This document shows, one piece after another, positions 1-18,556 of a stretch of 64,000 nucleotides of DNA. Made by a program: the position numbers and the translations under genes. The DNA comes from the human T2T-CHM13v2.0 reference genome, Homo sapiens, in assembly GCA_009914755.4 (NCBI GenBank), contig CP068257.2, positions 18,592,001 to 18,656,000 on the forward strand, written 5' to 3'. The notes beneath the pieces are model-generated. The model saw only the letters and a list, made by a program, of their open reading frames with translations. It ran no database searches and was not told the origin of the DNA. The stretch's first letter is position 1, and the number at the start of each line of letters is the position of its first letter.

Positions 1-186
1 ATTTTGTATCTATCTCTAAAACCTAGAAAAGTGGCATAAGTTTAATGATCTATCAGTTCTCACTGCATGATGAATGAATGCCTTGAACAGTAAGTTTTCC
101 CCGATCAGTAGTGAAATCAGCAATGGCTGTGTAGCGAGCACTGGTAAAATACACGTTAGTGTCCACCTGTGAACTTTTGTATGTGT

Positions 187-422
187 ATTTTTTGAGACAT
201 GGTCTTGCTCTCTTCCCTAGGCTGGAGGTCATTAGTGTGATCATAGACCAAGTTCACCACTCGAACTCCTAGGCTGAAGCTATCCTCCTACCTCAGGAGT
301 TGGGATTACAGGTGTGAGCCACCATGACCAACTAATTTTTAATTTTTTTGTTGTTGTTGTTGAGATGGGGTCCGCTATGTTACCCAGGCTGGTCTCAAAC
401 TCCTGGCCTCAAGTGATCCTCT
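187..422 (-). mobile_element. Alu SINE, older AluJ-like copy, truncated at the Alu 5' end
   Basis: Reads as the reverse complement of Alu: poly-T then 'gagacatggtcttgctc...cccaggctggtctcaaactcctggcctcaagtgatcc'. Diverged, with most CpGs lost. Confidence 0.85.
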
Positions 423-577
423 CTGATCTTTAATGAGTTTCTACAAGGGAGATTCTGGCTGGGAGTGTGTGAGCAATTTCAAGGACTTTGCTACAACGTT
501 AAATTTTCTTTTGGAAACAACGTTACTGTCCGCATTGTAAAAGAGTGCTTTAACTATAGTAGTGAGTCTCATTTTAA

Positions 578-3500
578 AATTTATATTATTTTTGCTTTTT
601 TATGTTAATTTTAGTTGGCACACAAAAATTGTATATGTTTATGGGATACAAGTGATATTTTGATACATGTATAAAATATGTCATAATCATATCAGAGTAA
701 TTAGCATTTCCTATCACATCAAATATTTAGCATTTATTTGTGATGGGCACATTCATAATTCTCTCATGTAGCTTTTGGAAAATATGCAATAAGTTATTGT
801 TAACTGTCTTCCCCCTAGTCCAGTGCTATATAACACTAGAACTTAGTCCTCTTATCTAGCTACAATTTTGCAGCTATTAACCTGCCTCTCCCTATTCTCT
901 CCGTCTACCCTTTCCAGCCTCTAGTAACCACTATTCTACTCTCTACTTCTATGAGCTCATTTTTTTTACCTCCCACATATGAGTGAGAACATGTGGTATT
1001 TATCTCTCTGTGCCTGACTTATTTTGTTTAACATAATGTCCTCTAGGCCCATCCGTGTCACTGCAAATGATGGCATTTCATTATCTTTTATGGTTGAATA
1101 GTATTCCATTGTGTATGTGTACGATTTTTCTTTATTAATTCGTCTGTTGATGGACATTGAGGTTAATTCCCTACCATGTAACAGTAAATTGGTTAATTCC
1201 CTACCAATTTACTATTACAATAAATTGGTGGTTGCTGAGATCTCTTCGACATACTGATTTTCTTTCTTTTAGATATGTATCCAGCAGTGGAATAACTGGA
1301 TCACATGATAGTTCTATTTTTACTCTTTTGAGAAGTCTCCATGCTGTTATCTATAATGGCTGTACTAATTAATGTTCCCACTAACACTATATAAGAGTTT
1401 CTTTTCTCTGCATCCTCTCAAGCATTTGCTATCTTTTCACTTTTCAATAATAGCCATTCTAACTAGGGTGAGATGATATCCATTGTGGTTTTGATCTGCA
1501 TGTCCCTAATTATTAGTGATGTTGAGCATTTCTTCATGTACCTATTAGTCATCTGTATGTCTTCTTTCAAGAAATGTTTCTTCAGATCCTGTGCCTATTT
1601 TTAATTTGTTTTATGGCTGTTGAGTTGTTCTAGTTCCTCATACATATATCTGGATATTATTCCTTTGTTGGATGATTAGTGTGTAAATATTTGCTCCAAT
1701 TCTACAGGTTGTCTCTTCACTGTTGATTTTTTTCTTTTGCTGTGTAAAAGCTTCTTGGTTTGACATAATCCCATTTTTCTATTTTTTTTTGCTCACTGTG
1801 CTGTTGAAGTCTTACCCATAAAACTTGTGCCTAGATCACTGTCATGAAGTATTTCCCCCTGTGTTTCCTTTTAATAATTCTATAGTTTTAGGACTTACAT
1901 TTAAGTGTTCAATCCATTTTCAGGTGATTTTTGTACATGGTGAGAGATAGGAGTCTAGTTTCATTCCTCTGCCTATGAATATCCAGTTTTCCAAGCACCA
2001 ATTATTGAAGAGACTGTCCTTTCCTCAATGTATGTTCTTGTCACTTTTGTCAAAAACTAGTTGGCTATAAGTATGTGAATTTATTTTGGGTTCTGCAGTC
2101 TGTCCCATTGATCTATGTGTTGGCTTTTATACCAAGACCATGTGGTTTGGGGTACTATAGCTCTACAGTATATTTTAGTCAGGTAGTGTGATGCATCCAG
2201 CTTTGTTCTTTTTGCTGAGTAATGCTTCGGCTTTGCAAGGTCTTTTGTGGTTCCACACCATTTTTTGGATTTTTTTTCTATTTCCATGAAGAATGTTCTT
2301 GATATTTTGATAAAGATTTCATTTAATCTGTAGTTCGCTCTGGGTAGTACAATCATTTAAACAATACTAATTCTTCCAGCCTATGAGCATGATATGTCTT
2401 TCAAATCTGTGTGTCTTTTTTAAATTATTTCATCAGTATGTGGTAGATTTTATTACAGAGATATTTTACCTCCTTAGTTAAATCATTTAAACATATTCTA
2501 TTTTTTGTAATTATTGTAAATGAAATTCCTTTCTTGATTTGTTTGCAGCTAGTTTGTTACTGGGTTATAGAATGTTTACTGATTTTGTGTGTTAATTTTG
2601 TGTCCTGCAGCTTTACCGAATTTGCTTTTCCCTTCTGAGAAATTTTTGGTGGAGTCTTTAGACTTTTCTACATATAAGATAATGTTGTCTGAAAAGGGAT
2701 ACAATTTTAATTATTTTCTAATTTAAATTCCCTTAATTTATTTTCCTTGATTAATCACTCTGCCCAAGACTATTAGTACTATGTTGAGTAAGAGTGATGA
2801 AAATGAGAGTCTTTGTCTTGTATCAATTCTTAGAAGAAAAGTTTTCAGCTTTTCCCCATTCAGTACGATGTTAGGTATGGGTTTGTCATATATGGCCTTT
2901 ATTGTTTTAAGGCATGCCCCTTCTATACCTAGTCTGATGAGTGTTTTAATCATGAAGAAATGCTGAATTTTATCAAATGCTTTTTCTATATTCATTGACA
3001 TAATATTTTTCTTCATTCTGCTGATGTAGTGTATCACATTTCTTGATTTGTGTGTGTTGAACCATCTGTACAACCCTGAGATAAATCACACTTAATTATA
3101 GGGTATTATCTTTTGATGTGCTATTAGATTCTGTTTGCTAGTATTTTATTTATTTATTTATTTTTAAATGTTTTCTTCTAAGTTCACCAGTGACATTGGC
3201 CTAATAGTTTTCTTTAATTGTTGTGCCTTTGTCTGGTTTTGGTATAAGGGTAATGCTGGTGTCGTAGAATGAATTAGAATTACCTCCTCTTAAATTTTCT
3301 GGAAGAATTCAAGACTAATTCTTGTTCTTTTAAAGTGTTGTAGAATTCAGCAGTTAAACCACCTGGCCCTGGAATTTCCTTTCTGGGAGCCTTTTTATTA
3401 TGATTTAATCTTGTTACTTATTACTAATATGTTCAGGTTTCCTTTTTTTTTTTCTAGTTCAATCTTGGTAGGTTATATGTGTCCAGGAATTTAGTGATTT

Positions 3501-3905
3501 CCTCTTGGTTTTCTAATTTGTTGGCATATAGTTGTTTGAAATAATCTTTAATTATCCTTTTTATTTCTTGCTATCAGTTGTAAAGTTTCCATTTCTGGAT
3601 TTTTTTTTATTACTTGAGACATAATTTTTTCTTAGCTTGGTTAATGGTTTGTTTTATTTATCTTTTCAAAAAACCAACTTTTTGTTTTTTTAAATTGTTA
3701 TTTTTTGTTTCTGTTTTATTTACTTTTGCTCTGATCTTTATTATTTCTTTCTACTAATTTTAGATTTGGTTTCTATGTGCTTTTCCAGTTCCTTATGGTG
3801 CATCATTAGGTTCTTTATTTGAAATCTTTCTACCTTTTTTGATGTAGGCATATGATGCTGTAAACTTTCCTCTGAGAATTGCTTTTGCCATATCCAATAG
3901 GTTTT
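578..3905 (-). mobile_element. Old L1 LINE (L1PB/L1MA-like), 3'UTR and ORF2 portion; first part of one near full-length element that continues at 7331-11340
   Basis: Reverse complement matches the older-L1 3' end ('...ggttactagaggctgg...caatttttgtgtgccaactaaaa') and ORF2. The minus-strand ORF 2738-3073 translates to L1 RT motifs (FDKIQH...YDKP...NGEKL). Confidence 0.8.
2738..3073 (-). pseudogene. Decayed L1 ORF2 reverse-transcriptase fragment of the old L1
   Basis: The 111-aa ORF contains '[18 protein letters not shown]...IKAIYDKPIPNIVLNGEKLKTF', diagnostic of LINE-1 RT. Flanked by frameshifts and stops. Confidence 0.8.
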
Positions 3906-7321
<3,416 letters not shown>

Positions 7322-7804
7322 ATAGGTTTTAGTATGTTGTGTTTCAATTTCTATCCTCATTGAGAACTTTAAAAAAAACTTTTTTTTATTTTCTTCATTA
7401 ATCTATTGGTCATTCAGGAGAATGTTTTTTAATATCTATTTGTAGAGTTTCCAAAGTTCCTCTTGGAACTTTCTATAGAACTTTCTTGGAACGTTTCTCT
7501 CTTGTTTCTATGCTAGTTTTATTCCATTGCAGTCTGAGAAGACACTTAATATAACTTCAATTTTTTAAAAAAATGTTGAAACTTGTTTCATCATCTACCG
7601 TATGGTCTATCCTGGAGAATGTTTGGTGGGCTGATGAGAAGAATGTATATTCTGCAGCTGTCAAATAAAATGTGTTCTTAATATCCGTTGGGTCTGTAGT
7701 GCAGATTAACTCCAATATTTATTTGTTGAATTTCTGTCTCATGAGCTGTCCAATGCAGAAAGTGGGGTGTTGAAGTCCTCAACTATTATTGTAGTGGGTA
7801 TATC

Positions 7805-8075
7805 TTTTTTTTTTCTTTTTTGAGACAGTCTCACTCTGTCACCCAGGCTGGAGTGTAGTGGCATGATCTCAGCTCACTGTAACTTCTGCCTCACAGGTTC
7901 AGGCGATTCTCATGCCTTAGCCTCCCAAGCTGGAATTACAGGTGTGCACCACCATGCCCAGCTAACTTTTGTATTTTTAGTAAAGACAGGTTTTGCCATG
8001 TTGGCCAGGATGGTCTCAAACTTCTGACCTCAAGTGATCTACCTGCCTTGGCTTCCCGAAATGTTGGGGTTACAG
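7805..8075 (-). mobile_element. Alu SINE (AluS/J-like), missing about 25 nt at the Alu 5' end
   Basis: Poly-T then 'gagacagtctcactctgtcacccaggctggagtgtagtggc...cttggcttcccgaaatgttggggttacag'. Confidence 0.9.
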
Positions 8076-8229
8076 TCTGATATAACTATTGCTACTTTTG
8101 CACAGTTATGGTTTCTATTTCTCAATTTTCAGTCTATATGTGTCTTAACAGGTGAAGTGAGTTTCTTGTTGGCAATGTGAAATTGAGTCTATTTTTAAAA
8201 AAAAATCTATTCAGCTAGCCTATATTCTA

Positions 8230-8547
<318 letters not shown>

Positions 8548-9532
8548 TGTGGAATTTAAGCCAGTTACATTTAAGTTTTTTATTGAGATGTGTGGTCTTC
8601 CTAGTGTCATTTTGTTGATGTTTTTCTGATTTTTTGTATACTCTTTGTTGTTTTCTTTCTCTTTTATTTTTTTATCTTTGTAATTTGGTGGTTTTCTGTA
8701 GTGATATTGTTTGATGCTTTTCTTTTTCCTCATTTGTGTATCTGATCTGCCAGTGAGTTTTTCACTTTTGTGTATTTTCACACCATGGCATATATTGTCA
8801 TTTCACCTCCAGATATAGGACTCCTTTAGGCAATTCTTGTAGTGCTGGTCTAGTGGTGATGAATTCCCTTAAGTTTCACTTGTCTTGGAAAGACCATTTT
8901 TCCATTTCTAAAGAATAGCTTTACTGAGTTTTGCATTCTTGACTGGCATGGTGTTGTTGCTTTTTTTTCCCCCAGCACTTTGAGTATAACATCACATTCT
9001 CTCTCTTGTCCCATAAGGTTTCTGTTGAGAAATCTGCTGTTTGTTACTGTGATTGGAATTTCCTTATATGTAACTTAACTCTTTTCTCTTGGTGTTTTTA
9101 GAATTCTCTCATTGTCTTTGATTGTTGACAGTTTGAATATAATAATCCTTGGAGATGACCTTTATGGGTTAAATCTATTTGGGGATTTTTGAGCTTCCTG
9201 TATCTGAATATCTACATCTCTTCCAAGACTTAGGAATTTTTCAGCTATTATTTTATTAAATACATTTTCTATGCCTTTTGAAATCTCTTCTCCTTCTGAA
9301 TGTCCTAAATTGTGAAAATGTGTTTGTTTAATGTCCCATATATCACATAAATGTTCATTATTCTTTTTTTCTTTTTTATCTGACTTGGTTATTTCAAACC
9401 TGTTTTCAAGTTAAGAAATTCTTTCATCTGCTTGATCAATTCTATTGTTGAATATTTTGATTTTATTTTTAAATTTCATTCATTAATTCTTCAGTTCCAA
9501 GATTTCTGTTTTGTTCTATTTAAATGATATTT

Positions 9533-9950
9533 TGTATTGGTTCATTCTAACATTCCTATAAAGAAATACTTAAATTTCCCAAGAAATTTATTTAAAAAGA
9601 GGTTTAATTGGCTCATGGTTCTGCAGGCTGTACAGGAAGCATAGCAGAATCTGCTTATGGGGATGCCTCAAAGCTTCTAATAATGACAGAAGACAATGGA
9701 GGAGCTGGTACACCCCATGGCAAAAGCAGGATCAAGAGAGCAAAAGGGGAGGTGCTACACACTTTTAAATGACAAGATATCATGAGAACTCACTCACTAT
9801 CATGAGGACAGTACCAAGGAGAATGGTGCTAAACAATTCATGAGAAATTCACCTCCATGATCCAATCACCATCCACCAGGCCCCACCTCCAACATTGGAG
9901 ATTACATTTTAATATGACATTTGTGCATGAGCATACATCCAAACTATATC
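9533..9950 (-). mobile_element. MaLR solo LTR (MST/THE1-like), internally deleted
   Basis: Reverse complement of the THE1/MST consensus: '...aaagaggtttaattggctcatggttctgcagg...cacacttttaaatgacaagatatcatgagaactcactcactatcatgag...ccaaactatatca'. Confidence 0.7.
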
Positions 9951-12900
9951 ATATCTATATTCTTGTTGAATTTCTCATTTAGATCATAAATTGTTTTTCT
10001 GATTTATTTTCATTACACTTGTTCTATTTTTTTTTTGCTGAGTTGTCTTTACAATTATTTTGAATTTCTTCTCAGGCATTCCATAAGTTTCTTTTTCCTT
10101 GGGGTTTGTTATTGCAGAATTATTGTGTACCTTTGGAGGTTCATGTTTTGTTTTTTCATGTTACTTGTGCCCCTACATTGATATCTGAACATCTCATGTA
10201 ACAGTTGCTTCTTTCAATTTTAGGAAGTATATTTTGTGGATAAAGACTTCTTCCTGTAAATATATTTATAATGTCAGTTGGGCAAGGTGGTTTGGCTTTG
10301 GTGGGTTCAGTATCTAGTTCCTATATGATTTATTTTGCTGTAATCAATGACAGCAGTGTCTGCAAATTTCTCAGTAGCCTAGGCTGTGGCATGGTTTTTC
10401 TGAGTATGAATACAACAGGCAGGCTAGTCCTCAGGTTTCTGGCAGCATGTATGGGTGTCAGCAGTGGTCCTTAGTCAGACTGGTTTTCAGGCCCCTGGGT
10501 GGCATGTACATTCTTGTAGTGGTGGTGGTTAGCTCTACATAGGCCAGTTTTTGTGTCCCTGGGAAGTGCATATGGGTGCAAGTGACACCACTGCTGGAGG
10601 TGCAGGGTCACTGTCAATGGTGGTGGCCCCAGGCAAGTAGTTATCAGGCTCTGCAGGGCATGAGCTTCAGCTCCTTGTGTCTTGGGGGACGTCTCCTGAA
10701 GTGTCAAAGCCCCTGTTCCCTAGGATATGGGGCACTGCATGAGTTCAGTTTCAGAGTGCACAGGTGCACCACTGTGTAGAGCTAAGGTCATGATGCAGTG
10801 GCCCTCCTGGTGGATGAAGAGGAATGTTAACAGGTTTCTTGATTGTGCTTCTGCAGGAGGTATTGGGCCCCAGGGCAATACTCTGGTGTTGGCTCTTCTT
10901 TCAAAATGGTGCTGTGCTGCAGCAGACAGTGTCCTGGGGAGTGGGGAGAACCCAACATGAATTCCCTTTGTGGAATAATGCAGTTGCGTGGACTTCAAGC
11001 AACTCCCTATATACTAGGCTTAGGGCCTGTGAGGGCTGAGGGGCTCTTTTGTAGCTAGAATTGCAGGTGTTTGTCGTGAAAACATGAACCCTGGGTTTTT
11101 TCTTACCCGTTCCCTGTGCTGGGGAGTTGTATTGGCTCTAAGCCAATCCCAGCTGGATTTGCTTAGCTTTCTATGCTGTCATTTTAAGTTTTAGTGCTGA
11201 GCGAGTCTTTGTAATTCCTTGCTGAATGCTAATGTTCTTCCTTAGGCACTCTATTTGATGTGTTCTTATCTATTTGTTGTTTTGGTCCTTTTTAGTGTGG
11301 AGAAGGGAAGTGCTAGGTACCTTTAGTCCACCATCTTAATGACATCCCAGGTAAAATTTATTAATTGGATAAATATATCCATTTATGCTATTGTAACAAA
11401 CATTATTTTCTTCATATTACACTCCATAAACTATCTGCATTTAATTTTGCTGTATTATGATGTAAGTTATAATATATTTTATCTAATATTTCATGTTAAA
11501 GCAAATTAAAGTAGAGACCAGGCCTGAAGAATCTCTAAGCAGACAAAGCCACCTAGACATAAGGAACCTTAACATTGTTTAATTTACAAACATAAGCAAA
11601 ACTTAATTTGAGCTACTTATTGTTATTGCCTATATTAAAGAAAAAAACTTAAGGCTAACCAGGCAGACTTTGTCAACTAATATATAGCTTTATAACTAGA
11701 AACTTTGCAGCAGAATAGATCATATAAAGCAACGTATAACTGCAAACAATCAAATTTTTTTCTGCTTTACTTTCATGTTCATAAGCCCTCTGCTTATATT
11801 CCCTAGGCAAAGCCCCCAATCCACTTCTGGTATGGAGCTGCCAGATTGATAAGTCACTGTTTGTTCAAATAAAATCTTCAAAAATTTTATTATGCCTCAG
11901 TTTACCTTTTAAAATTAATAATTTTCTACATATATTAGGTAATTGATTTTTATTTTATAATTTCCAATGGTGTACTTGTCATATATCATTTTGTTGTGTA
12001 TGTTTTATCATATCTAGAGATACATATTATATTTCAATCAACTATTATCCTATTATTGTTTTAATATCATATCATATCATATTATTGTGATTTACAAATA
12101 GGTTTTAATATCAGAGGAAAATATGTAAACCCTTAACTGGCAATATTTTTCCCTCAGAAGTTATAGAAATCTGAAGCAGTAATTCATCTAAATTGACTCT
12201 AAAATTATTTGTTGAAGCTATAAAACTTTTATGACATCTAACAATTGCAATCAGAATTTGTTACAACTAATAATTAATTTAGGATAAATTTGAATGTTTT
12301 AAATACTGTCTTCTTATCAAAGTACATGATACATTGTTCCATTTATTAAATTCTTTATTGCCTTTTGATATACCATATAGCTCTCCCAGTATAGATTTTT
12401 TCAAATTTGCATTTGCACCATAAATTTTAAGTTAGCATTTTTTGCTATCTAGCGATAATGAAATATATTCCCAATATACTTACAAATGCACTGTCACTGA
12501 AATATGTGACAATACTATTGAATTGTATATGTCAATTTTGTAGCTAATTAGATCTTTAAATAGGCGTTTTTTTATAATGACTTGGGATTTTCAGAAATTG
12601 TTAATATAGAATACAAATACTATTAATTTTGTCTCTCTTTTGAAAAAAGGCAAATAGTAATACATATTTACATGCTATTCTTAAATTTTAAGGAACTGTT
12701 TTGATTATGGTGATATTTACTTTTTGTTTAAGAAAGTTTAACAGGATTGAATACTAATTTCAACCAAATTACCTCTTGCTATATATTTTGATTAAATGAT
12801 TTGTTTATTTTACAACTAACTGTGTTGCTTAATATTAATTTAACTTTGAATATTGAAATGATTTTTAAAAATATTTTACAGCGCACTTTTGAAATTTAAT

Positions 12901-12989
12901 CTGCTTGTCTTCGTGCATTACTTTTGACCTATACTATGAGATTTTATGTAATAATAAGATTTTATACATATTGGCTTTCTAAAAATTAA

Positions 12990-13345
<356 letters not shown>

Positions 13346-16300
13346 ATCTTTATCGCTCTCTCCCCTTATTTGAGTAGTTTAACTGTTGTCTTTTCTGTTA
13401 GTATTTTTCTCCTAAAATGATAGTTCTTGAGTTTGGTTAGTGCTCTATTTCTCTTCATTATTTTTTCTTCTCTCATCTGTGTTTCCCATGTTTCTTGAGG
13501 CTCACTTTAATAATAATTCTGCTAATTGATTGATTTTATTTAATTAAATTCAGTAAAATTTTATTTGGGTTCCAAGTTTTTGGCCCAATTCTTTCTCATA
13601 TATAGCTTTTTAACTTTAATTAACTTATAAATTATTTTGATTCTATCATTTAGCTTGATTTTGCCATGAAGCAACTAAAGCAGAGTATGAGTTTGTTGCA
13701 GATTTTCTTTTATTTCTACAATTTTGCAACATCATTAAAAAAGGAAGCCTGTAAAATTTCTCCTTTGATGACTTTTGAAAATAATTTTTATCTCTGTGTG
13801 TGTATTTGAATACGCGTGTGTATGTGTGTGTTATTTAACCCCTAACCAATGATTATTGTTTCAGACTATTTCATAGGTCCTTAAAAATGACATATGTCTT
13901 CTCTATTGTTTATAGTTGTAATTATTTAATAATTCTACAGCATTCAGCACATTCCATTTTCTCCTATCATTCACTTTTGCCCACTCGATTGCTCAAGGGT
14001 TAAATGATTTCTAAAATAGCTGTTCCGGTGCATTTTTGTTGCATTGTAAAATATTTTTTAAAATATATTCATGTCATTTTTATGTTGCATTAAGGTCCAC
14101 GAATGTTAGCTTATCTTTTTGGATAACTTCATTTATTTAATAATATTTTTTCTGATTTCTACATTTTAATGTAATCATTGTGATATGTAGTTATACTGAT
14201 GTTATTGCTATTGATTAGACTGAATCATTTCACTATGAAGATAATTTGTAAAATATGTTTTAGTTTTGCTGTTTATACTCTTTAGAAAATACACAGTAAA
14301 GAGAATGCTTTCTGAATTTTCTTTGTGATTGATTTGTTTTTGTTGTTTCTTTGTAACTGCACATGAGAATTATATTTTTAGCAAAGAGGTTTTAAACTAG
14401 TTTATTTTTATATTCCAAATTAATCCTTTGCTGACTTTCGTAAGTTTTCCTGTTATATTGTGGTGGTGGTGGTTGCTGTTTTCTTGATTTACTATGCATG
14501 CTCTATACACTGCTTATCCTCTGACTTTTTCCTCCAGCATTGATTTTAGCAAAAGTATATATCACTTTAATTATTAGCTTTCTACACTTGAGATAGGTAA
14601 TATTATCCATATTTCAAAATACTTTTAGTAAGAAGCAAATGTTTAAAAGCATTTTTTGTCACTAGCCAGTTAAAAGTGGTAAAAACTAGGACTTTAACAT
14701 AAGTCTGATTTTAAGGCCCATATTATACACACATTGCAGAAATGAAAAAGAAAATCTACTTGTACATTTTTCCAAGGCTAATAGTTCACATACTGAGCTA
14801 TAAAACAGTATTTGATACTGCAAGAGAACATGGGCTGAGATGAAATGGGATGAGCTCATTTCAGTAAAGTATATCTGTGTATTTCAGGGTCTGTGTGCGT
14901 TAATTGGTGTAATATTTTAGAAGACATGATCAGTAATTTTCATTTGATATAAGTGGCCATTTGGCAACACGGTAGTGCTGTAAGAAGCTGAGTATTGGGA
15001 TCAAAAGGACACTTGCCTTAGCTGACTATTACCTCTTATTTAATATACATTAAATAGACTATAAGTCAGGAAACCTTGTAAAGAAGCTATGGCATCATTT
15101 ATAGTTATTGAAAATAATTTAACTAAATTCTGATAGAATGATTAAAAGAAACTGTTATACAGAAGAAAATGTACAAACAAAGGGTTAGAAGAATTTGGTG
15201 ATGCCCTAAGTGAGATTAGAAGTCACCTGAAAATGACAGAGAACCTAGTCTTTGTGATTGCCAAGGTCAACTTAATACATGACAAGAGTTTGGTTAAAAG
15301 CAAAATAGTATTATTTTTACATATGTTAGTTTGCATACAGTTGAAAACGATTAGGGCTAAAATATAAGAATTATGACTATAAACACGTCTGTATCTGAAA
15401 GTCACACACAGATAAATATCCTATTATAGGTTGTAGAAATGCCTTCCTATACTACCTTATTTACCTCAACCAGAGTAATTGGAAGCAACACATATGGAAG
15501 GTGGGATACCCATCAAAGGAGTATTTTGGTGGCATTTGTAAATTATTTCTATAACTAAGAACACATTAATAAATCTAGTACTTAAATGTGTAGGAATATT
15601 TTGAAGCTTGGTTATCCTATGAATTTCTGAGAATATCAATTAACTGGGACATCAGATTTTTTCAAATATGATGTAATATTGTATTAAAATAACATATTTC
15701 TGAAGAGAAAAACAGATCAATTTGTAACCCAAAATAAATCAAACTAGAAGCTGACTCATGTAAAGAACATAATCATGATGGATAATCTAAGAGAGAAAAA
15801 AATGTTTGGTTGTGTTTTACATGTGTTGATAGATTTCACCCCTATGAGAATACATTTTTTAACTGTTATGTCACTTACATTGTAATCAGATAAACAGGCC
15901 ATTGACAGGTAGACAAATAAGTGAACAAAATGACTTCAGGAAGAAATAATTGGTCTGAAAATACAAAATACAGGGATATGATATAAGATTACCAGAATAT
16001 CAAAGAGATATCTGATTCATTAATGTGATGGTACATTTAATTAATATTAAGTACAAAAAAATCAAATTTTAGATCCAAAAAGGAAGGTAACTTCTAGTGA
16101 ATTCTATTGTAGGTTTATCATATTCCAACTAATAATGTGAAAAATAGGAAAGAATGATGCCAACATTTAGAGTAAAGCGCTGAGAAACGATGAATTAAGA
16201 TCACCAATTTCATCACTAAATGTTAGCCCTTACAATCCTTGTAATTCATTGGTTCCACTGCTTGAGCTCTCAGAATATATACAGACTGTCAAATACAGGC

Positions 16301-17610
16301 AGACCAATAATTAGTGCATGATATTAAGGATTTCAAATGATAAATTCTATATATGGAACTGCTTAAATAAGATGGTATATAACTAATAAGATTTCTCCAT
16401 TTTGTGCTTGAACAAGTTTCTTAGTTTCAACAAATAAACACACACACAAACACTCAGCTAAATTTAAATTTCTGATAAACAAATAATTTCATAATGTAAT
16501 TACATTCTAAATATTGCGTGAAATAAATGTATACTAAAAATAATTTGTTTTTTTTCTGAAATTTAAATTTGACTAATCATCTTGTACTTTAGCAAACCTA
16601 GGCTGATAAGATGTAATTACATATGATATTAAAAAACTTGGATAAAATATTGAATTTTTTAGCTTATAATTCAATACCAAGGCTCTGGGAGAATATGGGA
16701 CATTGTAGAAAAATAGGATTCTCTAAAAAATATCAAGCTATTGGTGTGTGTCAAAGACTTACATTCACTCTTCAGTAAGGTGTTAAAGGAGACAGTTGTC
16801 AATGTTACTAAAGAGAGGAACTTCAATTTAAGCTTACCTGCTTGAAAGAAGGGGAACAGATACATATATAGTTGTGAGAAAAGAAAGCCTTCCTGCTTCT
16901 TGCTAAAAATCCAACAGTGCTAAGGATCTATAATTTGCAACTGCCAAAAGTGACTTGCCTGCCCCAAGCTAAAGTTGTGGCCAGCCAAAAAATGAAGGTC
17001 AGAAATGTCACAATTTAGCTTGACATCTAAGGGGAAATTAAAACAAAACAAAAATCAAAAAGGGATCTTTTTATTTATTGCTTGCTAAAATACATCAATG
17101 GATGCTGCGTTTGGCAGAGATAATAGTATCCTTACCCATAGACACAATTTAAAAGATGGCAGATAGGGGGTGGTGTGATTTGTTTTGTCCATTATTTCTC
17201 ATTAATTAGAGTCAAATATCAAGTAATGAAGTCACAAATTGAGGCCTACAAATCTATGGATAAAATACAGAAAATTCAAGCGTAGGCTCCACATTCAACT
17301 TTCATGATTTAATAGATTTCTGCTGCTGGAGATTAAGAAAGGCCTCTCCTCCCCATTAAAGCTTTGGGCAGCAGTCTAAAGTTTTAAGAAAATTAGAGCT
17401 CTGGCATCAAGCTGCATGGAGAATGTATGATTTTTCCTTCTAGGAGGCTCATATCAACAGTGAATGGGCAGACTACAGATCAGCAGCCTTGAAAACATGT
17501 CAAGGATCAAGTTACTTTAGTATTCCTGCTTTATCGGAGGTGATGTAAATCCTGTACCAGTGATCACTGTATATTTTTTCAATTTACAGCCTTTTCTAAA
17601 TTAAAATTGT

Positions 17611-17758
17611 GGCTGGGAACTGTGGCTTATGACCACAATTCCAGCACTTTGGGAGGCCAAGGTAGGAGGATGGCTTAAATCCAGGAGTTCGAAACCAACC
17701 TGGGCAGCAAAACAAGACCCCATTTCTACAAAAACAAACAAACAAATAAATAAATAAT
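17611..17758 (+). mobile_element. Free left Alu monomer (FLAM/FRAM-like) with an (AAAC/AAAT)n tail
   Basis: 'ggctgggaactgtggcttatgaccacaattccagcactttgggaggccaaggtaggaggatggcttaaatccaggagttcgaaaccaacctgggcagcaaaacaagacccc', a single monomer. Confidence 0.8.
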
Positions 17759-18270
17759 TGAAATTAAAAAATTTTTTAAATGGAAACTTAAAAAAATAGA
17801 ATTTATTTGGTTGCCTTGTTTTTCCATTCACTGTTACATTTTCTGTGTGGAGTCATGTTTAAATTATCAGATAGTTCAAAGGTTGCAAGTTTTAAAAAGA
17901 AACATCTAGATATTTTAGGTTTATATGTACCTCATGTTCATATTCTGCAATATGATAGTACCTATAAATAAAGGCATAATGGCTACCTCTGCATTCATAT
18001 AATTGGTATATGAGAGTGTTGCATTGGATTAGAAATTATTGAATGTGTATATTTAAGTGAAGATAGCTATCTACATACTTTGAGCATGTGAGGCATTGGA
18101 TCTTGAGTAAAAGACTACAGGATTTATTGTTTATCTGAGTTCATTATCTGATTTCTTTATGTGATTATAGTAACCAAGGAGGAGCACCCTTTTCACCAGG
18201 GATTGGGTTATAAATAGCCAATTGACTACTTGTTTCACATCAGAATCACCAAACTTCAAACAATTATCAC

Positions 18271-18556
18271 TTTTTTTATTTTTTAGACAGGATCTCACTC
18301 TGTCACCCAGGCTGGAGTGCAGTGGTAAGATTATGACTTACTATAGCTTAGGCCTCCTGGGCTCAGGTGATCTTCCTGTCTCAGCCCCCTGACTGGCTAG
18401 GACAGCAGGCATGCACCACCACACCAGGATAATTTTTGTTTTTGTTGAGACAGGCTTCCCTCATGTTGCCCAGGCTGGTCTCAATCTCCTGGGCTCAAAT
18501 GATCCTCCTGCCTTGGCCTCTCAAAGTGCTTGGAGTACAGACATGAGCCACGGTGC
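18271..18556 (-). mobile_element. Alu SINE (AluJ-like, diverged)
   Basis: Poly-T then 'agacaggatctcactctgtcacccaggctggagtgcagtgg...ctcaaagtgcttggagtacagacatgagccacggtgc'. Confidence 0.9.

Noticed and set aside
9595-9960. Whether the 'ggtttaattggctca...cacacttttaaa...' element inside the old L1 is part of the L1 3'UTR
   Set aside because: Comparison with the THE1/MST consensus (reverse complement) shows it is a MaLR solo LTR inserted into the L1, not L1 sequence. It is annotated as such.
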